Positions 13,201 through 27,193 of a stretch of DNA of 64,000 bases are shown one piece after another; the first letter of the stretch is position 1; each line of letters opens with the position of its first letter. The notes beneath the pieces are model-generated. The model was not told the origin of the DNA, did not search any database, and saw only the letters and a program-made list of their open reading frames with translations. Position numbers and translations under genes: made by a program. Source of the stretch: Octopus bimaculoides. Taxonomy: Eukaryota. Location of the stretch: NCBI RefSeq assembly GCF_001194135.2, contig NC_068986.1, positions 31,191,456-31,255,455 on the forward strand, given 5' to 3'.

Positions 13201-16200
13201 AATATCAACTTCAGAGGAATCAACAACAAAGGGATCCACAAACCACTGCAGCACAGAGAAGCGAATTTCCATATCATTATGTAACTGCTTCAATTGATCA
13301 ACATAAACTGTTAAGTCACCATCAAGCAGCTTGGTGGATATGCTTGCTAAGGAAGGAAACTGTGCAAACTCCCATCTTCCAAGATTCAACAAGAATAACT
13401 TTAGTTTTCCGTTGAAGGTTTTAATTTTCTCTTTGCAAGAAAACAGAGTGGAGTTATTTCTTTGAAGTTCTTTGTTAAGGACGTTTAGCTTTTCAAGTAT
13501 GTCAGACAAGTAAAAAATATCACTCTTTGCATCGAGTTTCTCTCCAAGTTCTGTTTCACTCAAAAAAAGAGATAACAGTGTCCCAAAGTGCAACAAAGCG
13601 ATGCAGGCAATTACCCTTGGATAGCCATCTGACTTCAGTATGCAACACAAGTCATTCAAATTCCTCATCGTTATTTTCACATAATTGCTTAAATAGGTGA
13701 TCTTGCAGTGCATTCTTTTTTATCAAGTTGACAGCTTTGATAACATAAGTGCAGCATTCAAACGTCCTGATATGCGTTTGGCAACCAGATGCTGTTGATG
13801 AAGAAACATTAGCCCAAAGTTCCACACAGTGGGACTGAACCCGAGACCACATGGTTGGGAAGAAGGCTTCTTAACCCCACTGCCATGTTTGTGCCTAAAT
13901 TATTTTTCCTTCTAAAATGTCAATATTTTCTTTCCCCCTGGGTTTGGTCTGTTTTATTTGTGCTTTGTTTCCATTGCTGTAGGAAAAATGCTGAAGCATG
14001 TAGAAGCCATAGAAAAAAGATAAAATGTAATAAATTTAATTTTCTGTATTTAGAATTATGACATTTAGTTTAATTTCTACAGTACATATGTTAAGAATTA
14101 ATTAAAAATAAAGAATCAAATCTATATGTATTTATTCAGTCCAGGTTTTAATTAGGCCCCATGAAGGCCTTTTTGGCAACTTCAAATGAGAATTAAGCCA
14201 ATCAATTTTGTTGCTGTTTTACAACTCATCATGAGTATCATTTTATAAACTTATCAGAAAGTATTGATGAGTTGTATCTGGGCATAATATATCTTCAGGG
14301 AGGGGCAACTTTTTCTCAACTGGAAGCTGCATCGTACCATTTCCAAGTGGGAGAGGGCCGCATGATAAAACACATATACATGAAATATTACTTGCCCACT
14401 TTACACTGAATCTTTTGCAGTTCTTCTAATTTTATTTGTCTTGGTATGAAATTAGTAACCTAGAAACTCATCGAGGGCCGTACAGCAACATGTCGAGGAC
14501 TGCAGGTTGCCCATGCATGTTGTATATGTTTTAATATGTAGTCTTTCAAAGGCAGCGAGCTGGCAGAAACATTAGCACGCCAGGCGAGATGCTTAGTGGT
14601 ATTTCGTCTGTCGTTACGTTCTGAGTTCAAATTCCGCCGAGATCGACTTTGCCTTTCATCCTTTCAGGGTCGATTAAATAAGTACCAGTTACGCACTGGG
14701 GTCGATATAATCGACTTAATCCCTTTGTCTGTCCTTGTTTGTTCCCTCTGTGTGTAGCCCCTTGTGGGCAGTAAAGAAATTAGAAACGTTAGCATGCTGG
14801 GCAAAATACTTAGCAGTATTTCGTCTGTCTTTACATTCTGAGTTTAAATTTTGCTGAGGTCGACTTTGCCTTTCATCCTTTCGGTGTCGATAAATTAAGT
14901 ACCAGTTGCGTACTGGGGTCGATTTAANNNNNNNNNNTCCAAAATTCGGGGCCTGTGCCTAGTGTAAGAAACAATATGTAGTCTTTCACTACTGTTGCTT
15001 GGCATCATGGAAATGATGTGAGTATGATCGAGTTGTTAAGTAATAGAACTGGTCGGTTCGAGCTTCATCTCAAGCTGATGAAAAAACCCGTATAGGACCT
15101 AATTTTTTAAAAAGACTAAATATTAGATTAATTTTATTTAAAAAAAAAGTTTCTGAAAGATTTATCTCCCTTACATGCAAATGCCACTCTCACTCACGCC
15201 ATATTGCATGGGATGATAATGGTGTGTTTTCTTTCTGAGAACATTGACAGCTGCATTGCAGATGTGACCCAGTTGTGACTCCTAGTTTGAACTACTTCTA
15301 TTCTCATATTGTTAATGTTCTTTGTAAGAGACGTCAATATCATAATTTCACCTAAAACTCGTATGTGAGAGAGACATTCATGCGCACTAGTTTTAGTTTG
15401 ATGTCATTAGTACATTGTGACACATTAACATGTATTATAATATAAATAATAACTGATACGTAATTAAAAAGTGTATTTAATGTCATTTCTGTCAGTTGTC
15501 TGAAGCATTCTTACTTTGCAGAATACTCCTATCCATTACACCTCAACCAAGATAGTGTCATGAATTTTCCTAACAGACTTGTTAATGTTATCTCTACAGA
15601 CTTTTCTATAGAACACAGCATACTTTGTAGTATATTATGGTTGCATAACGAAAAAACGGTATCCCTACAGGTTATTAATATTTCCTCACAGATAATGCTT
15701 CCATTTTTGTTTTCTACTCCATAATGTATACACTTTGCAAAACTCTGCCAGACTTTTTCTTTTCTGCTCTACCAGTCTCATCAACATGTACACATACATA
15801 TCAAATATGAAAGCATCTATCCTCAAACCAATAAGGCCCCAACCCTAGCCATGTATCTTGGGTAAGTGTCTTCTATAGCTCTGCACTGACCAAATCCTTG
15901 CAAGTGGAATTGGATGATGAAAGCCGTAAGAAATCCATTGTATACATTTATGTATGTGTTGTGTTTGTATGTACGCTTGATCTTGACTTCACATAATGGT
16001 TGTGGACCAGCATCAACTTCATACAAGTGATGTTGTTTCTTTCCAGTCTCCCATGAAAAAACTTTTTAGTCGTGAGGACATATTGCCTTGTTTGGAAACC
16101 AGTGAGGGTTGGTGGCAAGAAGGGCATCCAGCTGGAAAAAAATGTGCTTCATCAAATTCCATCTGACCCATACAAGCATGGAAAAATAGGTATTAAAACA

Positions 16201-16947
16201 ATAACACTGTAACATATGTTATCCCAGGTCCACTACCTAAGTAGGACTTGTAATAATTTGCTTTGATTAGGATAAGGAGTAATAATGAAGCCAATATTAG
16301 TATGTTGCAAAGACCAGCAATTTCAGGGGAGGGGCTAAGTCAATTAAAGCAATCTAGTGTTTAATTTGTACTTATTTTATTGGCTCCAAAAGGATGAATG
16401 ACAAAGTCGATCTCAGTGGAATTTGAACCCAGAACGTAAAGACAGAGATGAAATGCTGCTAAGCATTTTGCCCAGCTTATCACCTTAGGATAATAATAAT
16501 CCTTTCTACTATAGGCACAAGCCCTGAAATTTGGGGGAGGGGCATAGTTGATTATGTCAACCCCAGTATTTCACTGGTACTTACTTTATTGTCCCTGATG
16601 AAGGGCAAAGTTGACCTTGGCGGAATTTGAGCTCAGAACATAGTGACGGGCAAAGTACCACTAAGCATTTCGTCCAACGTGTGATTCTGCCAGCTCACCA
16701 CCTTATTATATAATAATAATGATAATAATCCTTTCTACTGAAGGCATAAGGCCTGAAATTATTTGGTGGAGGGGGGGGGCTAATCAATTTCATCAACCCC
16801 AGTGCTTAACTGGTACTTATTTCATTGACCCCAAAAGGCTGAAAGGCAAAGTTGACCTCGGTGAAATTTGAACTCAGAACATAGCACATTGGGCTAAATG
16901 CTTAGAGGTATTTTGTCTGTTGCTAACAACTCTGCCAGCTCGCCACC

Positions 16948-16994
<47 letters not shown>

Positions 16995-17221
16995 CATAAT
17001 AATAATAATCCTTTCTACTATAGGCACAAGGCCTGAAATTGGGGGGAGGGGGATAGTCGATATTACATCAACCCCAGTGTTAAACTGGTACTTAATTTAT
17101 CGACTCTGAAAGGATGAAAGGCAAAGTCGACCTCGGTTAAACTTGAACTCAGAACATCGCGACAGACAAAATACCACTAAGCATTTTGCCAATGTGCTAA
17201 CAACTCTTCTGGCTCGCCACC

Positions 17222-17294
<73 letters not shown>

Positions 17295-20200
17295 AGTTAA
17301 ATAGGGTTCTTGTTGTACCCAAATCTCTCTTTCCATTTGTGACATTCCTTTTTGTAACCTTGGAAACTTGATTCTTTGAACACGATTCTTTGTAAACTTA
17401 TGTCAGAGATATTTTACTTATGTCAGAGATATATGTTAGAGATATGTGGGAAACTTTGCTAGACATTCCTGTGCCCTCTTTACCAAAGACGATGCAAACA
17501 TCTAAAATGGCAAGGCAGTCAGTTTTTCCATAAATGCATTTGCAAGTACACTCATACATGCATGCGCACATACAATGTACATGTGCAGCATAATGCGTAT
17601 ATACATACACACATTTTTATCTGGGTAGATTCTCTAATGTCAGTCTCCTTGAACATTTAAAATTCTCCATCAGTTCATTTACAAATCGGCAAAGAATTGT
17701 TGTTCAGTCTCTCTTCAAGTCTGATTTAGGGAACCTGTTATCAAAGGCATCCCAGTCGTGTCAGTCGTACCTTTTAGGGCATATTACATTATCTAATGTG
17801 GCCTTTATTTAGGTTAGTAGAATGTGAATTTGGAGAGATTTGTCTGCTGTTTCTAGCATGTCAACTAACCATGTATGAAAGAAGTTGTTTCCTATATAAT
17901 TAAATGAGAAAAGTACTCAATACTGTTCAGTAGAGTGAGATGTTTAATCAGAGCTGAAATTTCCCAAACTGCTATTCAGCGTTTTATGTTTCATCAACCA
18001 TCTTGAAATGCAAAATTCTAAATGGCGACTGAAGAAATAGCAGGTTATTTATATAGTTGAGTAAAGTGTCATCCAAGCTGATGTTTATTGGTAATTAAAC
18101 TTAATTTGCAACACCTGTGCATCTTTACCAGCTTTGCTTATTATCAACAACTTTTCCTGTGATCAGGATTTGATAAGACATACAACAGTATGCTAAAGAT
18201 CGGACATAATCTCTTGTGGGCAAGACATGTAAAATAAAGTTTATTATAAACAACACAAACAATTTGTAATTTAATAGCTTTCAATGTGATATCTGTTAAA
18301 CAGAAATTATTTTTATTTGATGGAAAATTTATTAAAATCTAATCATAAGTAAGTGAAATTATGCTAAATACAACTAAATTGCAAACCTTTTTCCCCTGGC
18401 CATATTGGAAATTCTGAAAACTTTTGGGTGTGAATTTTATATGAGTAGAAGCTTTTTTTAACAAATTTTATCCTGAAAATCACCTGTGTAAATTACACAG
18501 GTGTGCAAATTACATGGGTTCTTACAGCAATTTAATTTAGTTAATCCTCTGTTCATCACCTGAATGTCCTCCCTCAAATGCTTCAAAATGTCGCAGTAGA
18601 ACTCTTGTTTGACAGTCTGGCCCCGTGGTATGAATTCTTGATGCACAATACTGTGGATGTTAAAAAAGTGATGAGCATGCTCTTGATAGAACTGCAGTTC
18701 TGTCATGCCTTCTTTGGTCATGGAGATGAAGGCCTCTTCCATTGTGATGACTGCACCACTAGACCCAACTCTTGTCACTGGTGATGATCCTCGACATGAA
18801 GGATGGGTCACCAGTGGTGCGCTGATGGAGATCTTGACAGATTTCAATGCAATGTTCTTTCTGCTCACAGGCAAGATACAAATTTGACAGAGACATGCCA
18901 CATGTTCAATTCAGATGTTAGGATTGCCTGCATGGACCCATACGACAGACCAACAAGATCAGCAATGTCGTTGATTGTCCTCTGACGATCCTCATGCACA
19001 AGCTGATGTCACCCTCATATTTCTGGGGCTGACGCTTGTAGCAAGTCTTTCAGATCACTCATCATCTTCCAGGGGAATTCTTCCACTTTTGAAGCACCTG
19101 TGCTACTTGATTGCAAGATTGTGATTTCAATTTTTGGACCGAGTGGTGCATCGTGTCCTTGAACAAACCACTGCATTTCGTGTTGCCCCAGTCTAATCAG
19201 TTGTAAAAGAGTAATTCCTGTGACAGACCGGCATCTCATTCAGTGGCTATGTTGCGATCTCACTTACATGTCATGAAAACCAGGTAACCAGCCCTATGAG
19301 TCCTGGGACTTGAGACAGTTATGTCTAGGAGTTGATAATAATTTCATTCTGTTGAAATTTGATAAGTTCTAGTATTAAATTGGAGTTGACTTAATTTGAC
19401 CCCAACTTTACTGCTGAGAAAATAAACTTCTTTCTCATATAATAATAAAAAAATCTATTGATTAAAATGAAATATTATAAAGTTAATGTTGCATTTTTCA
19501 CTCTTTAACTTCTCTACTGTTCTACTTAGTTTTGTTTTCCCAAAATTGTTTTTCTGCAATATCGTTTTTCCACTGGGGGTAATTATTTCATTATCAGCTT
19601 ATTCTTTTATGATCTATATTTCTTTTTAAATAGACATTGTAAATTCCCCTCAGGAATTACTCTTAATGAAACTGGATTATACATTGTCTATTGAAATATA
19701 TCTTCCTTTTTCATCATCATCATCATCATCATCACCACCACCACCACTGCTATCATTACCACCAGTAGCAACACCACCACCACCACTAACACTACCACTA
19801 CCACCACAATCGTCATCACCACCACTATCAACAACACCACTCCCACTACCAACACCACCACCACTACTACCACCATCATCATCATTATCACACCAGTAGC
19901 AGCAGCACCACCACCACCACTGCCACTACTGCCACCATTATCATCATCATCACTGCTATCATTGCCATTGCCATCAATACACTAGTAATTCCCATCAGAG
20001 AATTGTCTCAACTAAGTCATTGAAATGCTAGGTTGTTTGGTACTACATCTGTCCGATATCTAGGTCTACTATGCCAATATTTTTTTAGAATTTGATTTAA
20101 CACACTCACATATATATCATCATCATCTTAATGTTCACTTCTCCATGCTTGTATGGGGCAGGTCTTTTACAGCCAGATGCTCTTCCTGTTGCCAACTCTT

Positions 20201-21543
20201 ACCTTTTTCCAAGCAAGATATTTTCCCATAGCCAGAACATGTTCTTGAGAAGTAGTGGAAATGAATGAGACTGCTTATGTGACAGTGACACTCATTTGTA
20301 GCTTAATTTGACCCCCAACTTTACTGCTTAGAAAATAAACTTCTTTCTCATATAATAAGAAAAAAATCTATTGATTAAAATGAAATATAAAGTTAATATT
20401 GCATTTTTCACTCTTTAACTTTTCTACTGTTCTACTTAGTTTTTTTTTCCAAAATTGTTTTTCTGCAAGTGTCTTCTACTATAGCCTCGGGCCGACCAAA
20501 GCCCTGTGAGTGGATTTAGTAGGCGGAAACTGAAAGAAGCCCGTCGTATATATGTATATATATATATACATGTATGTGTGTGTATATGTTTGTGTGTCTG
20601 TGTTTGTCCCCCTCAACATCACTTGACAACCGATGCTGGTGCGTTTACGTCCCCTGTAACTTAGCAGTTCGGCAAAAGAGACTGATAGAATAAGTGCTAG
20701 GCTTACAAAGAATAAGTCCTGAGGTCGATTTGCTCGACTAAAGGCGGTGCTCCAGCATGGCCTCAGTCAAATGACTGAAACAAGTAAGAACAGTAATCTA
20801 CCTGATTGTGAAGACTGCACTTAGCAATACTTTTTGCATGCAGCACCACTGACCACTATCAAGCAATCTCTTACTTTTGTTACTACAAGAGTCTTCTGCT
20901 CTTCTGAACATGCTAATTATATTTTATCCAATCTAAACTCGCTTAATGCACCCAATTCTCTTATAATCTCTAATTATGTCTCAGTTCTCAGAGCCTTGAA
21001 TCAAATTTTCCTTCTCACAGCAGCAAACATCTGGAATTTCGGGGGGTTTCTGGGAATTTATACAAGTGTAGGGGCAGTGAAAGAAGTAGAGATGAGTGTC
21101 CTCTCTATGGCTTTAGTTAATAATGAATGTGGGCTGAATGCTTATGGTTTTAAGAAGGGTCTAATAATTGTTATGTTTAGCAGCAGTTCGTCTGTCTTTA
21201 CGTTCTGGGTTCAAAATTCTACCAAGGTCAATTTCACCTTTCATCCTTTCAGGGTCGACATCATAAGGGCCAGTTGAGTATTGGGGTCAATGTAATCGAC
21301 TTACCCACTCCCCCAAACTTACTGGCTTGGTGCCAAAATTTGAAACCAATGTATTTTTTTGACAGCGTCTGTAAAGAATTTGTATAAAAAAATAAATGCA
21401 AAAAGAAAATTATAAAACAATTAACTGAGATAAAAATGTTTCTGTGCAAAATAGAATTTTTCATTAAAAAACAGAAAAGGGGAATAGTTTTTTTGTTAAA
21501 TGTAAATAATTAAAATACTATTAAATTACAAGGTACACTCACT

Positions 21544-21602
<59 letters not shown>

Positions 21603-22260
21603 CACTGTTTAAATTCTTAAAAAATAATCTTTTAGAACACACCATGTATAAAACGTAGTGTTGGTAGAAAATTGGAGTGAGATGGATGGACAGCAGAATT
21701 TCTTGTGTTTTATTTGAGCCTTTGTGCTGTAATTTAATCCATATGTGACAGAAGGATATGAAGTGTTTTAGCTGGGTGTAGCCTGGCTTAGTAAACCTAT
21801 CAGGGCTTGAGAATTTCAGTAGAAAGAGAAACTACACTGAACTGTGAGAAATGCAACTGATATCAGACTCAGATATCCTTGACAACAGTAGGAAAGTTTA
21901 TTGTTTTTTGTTTTTTTTCTCAAGATAAGCTGGGTTATATGTCACAGGGGTAAAGAGAAATAATTGGGCGATGGAGGAGAGAATATATGCCAGTTCTACT
22001 GTTTCTGGGTAGTTGTCAGTATAATAAGGAATGTCTTTTGTATATTTTTGAGAGAATTGTCTCCACCCAACCTGCTGCCCATCCCACAGACTTCTCTTTC
22101 AATTATTTCTCCTCCATCTCTCAGATTCATAGAATGGATAATTTTCTCTCTCTCTCTCTTAAAAATCAAATAAACCTTTATGAAATGGAGAGTACTTTGT
22201 TTTTATGGAGCAAGTCCCATTCTTTTACAGTCCCTTTCTGCACAATCTAAGACCACCCCT

Positions 22261-22307
<47 letters not shown>

Positions 22308-23780
22308 GGAATCTTTGAATCTTCTAGTTCTGGTCTGGTGATAAAAGAATTAAAGAGAAAAGAGGAACAAGAACAAAACGNNNNNNNNNNNNNNNNNNNN
22401 NNNNNNNNNNNNNNNNNNNNNNNNNNNNNNNNNNNNNNNNNNNNNNNNNNNNNNNNNNNNNNNNNNNNNNNNNNNNNNNNNNNNNNNNNNNNNNNNNTTT
22501 TTTTTTTTGTTTTGCTTTGACCATGACCAATTCTCTTCAAGTAAGAAAAGTGTTATATAAGTCTGAAGAAACTAGGCTTTAAAGTGCGTAGTTTCATCAG
22601 TGTGTTGTTTTTACTAAGGTTTATTCTTTTATTCTTGATTTTTAAAAATCTTTTAATTGTTTTAGTCAATGGACTACAGCCATAGTGGGGTACCCACCAC
22701 CTCAACCCTTTTGATACCAACCCGGCTGAAACCGGCTCTGGCTCTGAGTACAAAAGTGTTGTTTTAAAAGTTCTGAATTAAAAATCTTTCACGAAACCTT
22801 AGTCACAATTTATGTTCCTAACACTAGCTGAATGATAACTAAGTTATTTTACTAAATTCTTTGTTATATTTAACGTAACTGAAAGAAGCACAGAGCATCA
22901 CAAAATAAATACAATAGTGAAAAGGTTAAAGGGTTTTAGTTGAAGAATAGTCCAGGAAAAACATGTCTCTCATTATAGGCTGTTGATAGACTAAAAGTTA
23001 CATCATTTTGAATGCTTGTTACTTTTTCTAAAATACTTTTAAAAAATGACCATCCCGAAATATAACAGTACCTGTTTCAACACACGATTTCACTTCAGGA
23101 ATCTTGCAGCACAAATTGATACCTTTTTTATTTTGAAATCGAACCAAATTCGATGACTGGCACCCATGCCAACCTTCCTTCATTGGACACTAAACTCTAT
23201 TTCCAAAGACCTGTAGTACCATGCAAATACCCTTGTCATATATTTCTCATAAATCTTCTGGCAAAAATTACATGGTGAAAACAGAAACAAAAAATGAGGT
23301 ACAGTCCATCTAATGGGATTTTGAAGTTTCCACCTCTCCAGTTTAACTGACAAAGCTTGGGTCAGTCCAAGGCTATGGTAGCAGACACCTGGCCAAAGTG
23401 CTGCATCTTGGTGCATGATCACACTTAGAGCCATGTGATTACAGAGCAAACCTCTTCACCACATGACTACTCTGTGTCTATATATAGGAAGGAAACCTTG
23501 GTTACTCAGAGACAGCACTTTAATGAATTTAAGATAAAAGACTCCTAGACAGCTAATATCTATTGTAGGGTTTCTTAGATTAGGTGTTCTCAGAACTTAA
23601 CAAATGTGCTTCCAGCAAGTTTTTGACAGGCTTTTGATGTTTGGAGAAGAAAATTGGCATGTAATTACAGCAACTGCAGTATTTTTATTATTTTTTTTAA
23701 TGTTTCTTAATTGAATTTTGGTTTAACACCAAATAAGGATGTTTTTTTTATATCAGAGATCCTTATTATATATCAACATT

Positions 23781-23819
<39 letters not shown>

Positions 23820-23888
23820 TGGGCTTTCTCTCACAGCTATTGGTCAGTTCAGTAGTAGAAGATATCTCAGGCTGTCATGCAGTGGTGC

Positions 23889-23948
<60 letters not shown>

Positions 23949-24925
23949 GTGTGTGTGTGTGTGTGTGTATTATTATACAGGTTAAACAAATACTCTATCG
24001 GTCTCTTTTGCCGAACCGCTAAGTTACGGGGACGTAAACACATCAGCATCGGTTGTCAAGCAATGTTGGGGGGACAAACACAGACACACAAACACACACA
24101 TATATATATACATATACGACGGTCTTTCAGTTTCCGTCTATCAAATCCACTCACAAGGCTTTGGTCGGCCCAAGGCTATAGTAGAAGACACTTGCCCAAA
24201 GTGCCATGCAGTAGGACTGAACCCGGAACCATGTGGTTGGTAAGCAAGCTACTTACCATACAGGGAGGTGTTTTTATTTCAGCCAAATGCCATCCATTTT
24301 TTCCAGCCTCCCAGTTTTAAAGAGCTGGTAGTATTTCTCTTGCACTTTGTCTCTTCTTCTTCTTCTTCTTCCATCCTCGTTCTTCTAGATTGAAATAAGC
24401 CAAAGTAAATTGGAGAGTTCTTTTTCCCTAGCAGCATCTTTATCATTTTTGTCAGACATTGCATAGCACAGCTTATATTTAATTACTCTGCCATAATTAA
24501 TTGATTCTTTTCATTCAGACACAGCTAGAAATTCTTAAAAACATTGTGGAATTTTTCTCTATAGAAGTCAAGAGACTCACATGTACTTAAACTTTTTCTC
24601 TTGTTGTCAAGCCCATACTCTCACCTTCTGCCACGTTCTTACTCTCTCTCTCTCTCTCTCTCACCCTCTCTCTCGCTCTCACCCTCTCTCTCTCACCCTC
24701 TCTCTCTCTCTCACCCTCTCTATCTCTCTCTCACCCTCTCTCTCTCTCACCCTCTCTCTCTCTCTCACNNNNNNNNNNNNNNNNNNNNNNNNNNNNNNNN
24801 NNNNNNNNNNNNNNNNNNNNNNNNNNNNNNNTCACCCTATCTCTCTCTCTCAGTCTCTCTCTCTCAGTCTCTCTCTCTCAGTCTCTCTCTCTCAGTCTCT
24901 CTCTCTCAGTCTCTCTCTCTCTCAG

Positions 24926-24961
<36 letters not shown>

Positions 24962-25356
24962 GCTTTTTCTCTCTCACACTCCCATTTTATGTGACAGTTT
25001 ACAGAATGATATTCTAACCCTTTCTTTCAAAGTATATCTGTACCAGGGCAAACAAAAAACTCATAATTTGAGAGACCTACTCTGGTGCACTGATGCCATA
25101 CCAAACAATATTCCCTTCCCAATAAAATAACAAAACATGAAACAGTACTCTACAGTAGTTCATGTAGACCCAGGCAGCATGTTTTAATGTTATATAAGCT
25201 GTAGTGTTGGCTTTTATAGTTATAAATCTTGTAGCATGTGTTCGTTTTGAAGATAGGAGATTTTTGAGGAAGTTTTATTGCTAGATTGAGCTAGTATATC
25301 AGCAATCAAAACCTTGTGAATGGTTTTGGTAGAAGGAAACTGAAGAAACCTGTCAT

Positions 25357-25403
<47 letters not shown>

Positions 25404-27152
25404 NNNNNNNNNNNNNNNNNNNNNNNNNNNNNNNNNNNNNNNNNNNNNNNNNNNNNNNNNNNNNNNNNNNNNNNNNNNNNNNNNNNNNNNNNNNNNNNNN
25501 NNNNNNNNNNNNNNNNNNNNNNNNNNNNNNNNNNNNNNNNNNNNNNNNNNNNNNNNNNNNNNNNNNNNNNNNNNNNNNNNNNNNNNNNNNNNNNNNNNNN
25601 NNNNNNNNNNNNNNNNNNNNNNNNNNNNNNNNNNNNNNNNNNNNNNNNNNNNNNNNNNNNNNNNNNNNNNNNNNNNNNNNNNNNNNNNNNNNNNNNNNNN
25701 NNNNNNNNNTATATGCCAATGTTTCCTTCTCCAAACAGCAAAAGCCCGTCAAAAACTTGCTGGAAGCACATTTGTTGACAACCAGTGTTGGTTTGTTTAC
25801 ATCCCTGTAACTTAGTGGTTTGGTAAAAAGAGACCAATCGAATAAGTACCAGACTAGAAAAAAATAAATAAATGCTGGGGTTGATTCATTTGTCTAAGAT
25901 TCTTCAAGGCGGTGCCCCAACATGGCCACAGTCTAATGACTGAAACAAGTAAAAGATAAACAATATATATTGACACTGACTCCCCACCCCACCCCTCAGA
26001 ATCATAAAAGAATTTAGTAAAAATTTAAATAGAAAAATAAGAAATCTATCATTTAGCAGGAAAATAGTTCACAAAGTTTCTTCACCTTATGATAATGTAT
26101 TAACAACATTAGCAAGAAGTGAATTTAGTGAAAAAAACTGAAATACACAGGACAAATTAAGCAATTAACCCTTTAGTGTTTGCATTATTCTTCCAAAATT
26201 AATGCTTTTTCATCCACATTGTTTTGAACTAATCATGCATTATCTTGTAGCTATGAAATTTTGATGAGGTAGCTGTTAATTTTTAAAACGATATTGTAGG
26301 GTTGCTGTGAGAGACCAGATCTGACCAGTTTGAGTAGAAGCTTTTTTTAACAAATTTTATCTTGAAAATCTCCTGCGTAAATTACATTGGTGCGCAAATT
26401 ACATGGGTTTTTACGGTATATGATTATTTTAAATTTAAGAAAAAAATCTTTCATCAGATATTGTGACTATCAGGAATATATTTTTTCAAAAAAAAACTTG
26501 GTTCACCAATAAGATCTTTTATTGATTTGAAATTCAAAAAAAAAAGTTGAAAATCAAAATAAAATTTATATGAAATCATAATTATATTTATAGTGCTGTC
26601 TCTCTTTCCTATAATATCTCTCTGATTTTTGTCTTTGCCACTTTTCTGTTGTTTTGTTGCAGGCTGATAAAGTGGATTCCTACTTACATAGTCAACTTAT
26701 TAAAACTGAGCCCACAAAAGTACATCTGGCATGTTTCGGAACCTGGGTTCTCTACCACACACTCTATGTGATGATCAACTACACTCTGGCTGGATTGGAG
26801 TTAGAACTCTATGCTACATATGAGTATCATTATATATTCTGGTTAGTATGGTTGAGTTGTTGTTATTACTATTATTAAGACAGCGAGCTGGTGGAATTGT
26901 TAGAATGTCGGAAAGGATGCTTTGTGATATTACTTGAAGCTCTTTTCTCTCTCTTTTACTTGTTTCAGTCATTTGACTGCGGCCATGCTGGAGCACCGCC
27001 TTTAGTCGAGCAAATCGACCCCGGGGCTTATTCTTTTAAGCCTAGTACTTATTCTATCGGTCTCTTTTTGCTGAACCGCTAAGTTACGGGGATGTAAACA
27101 CACCAGCATCGGTTGTCAAGCGATGTTGAGGGGGACAAACACAGACACACAA

Positions 27153-27193
<41 letters not shown>

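Noticed and set aside
15500-18400. Possible nested gene in the 14.8-kb intron
   Set aside because: No recognisable protein motifs or consistent splice-phase chain on either strand by eye; cannot be excluded without transcript data.
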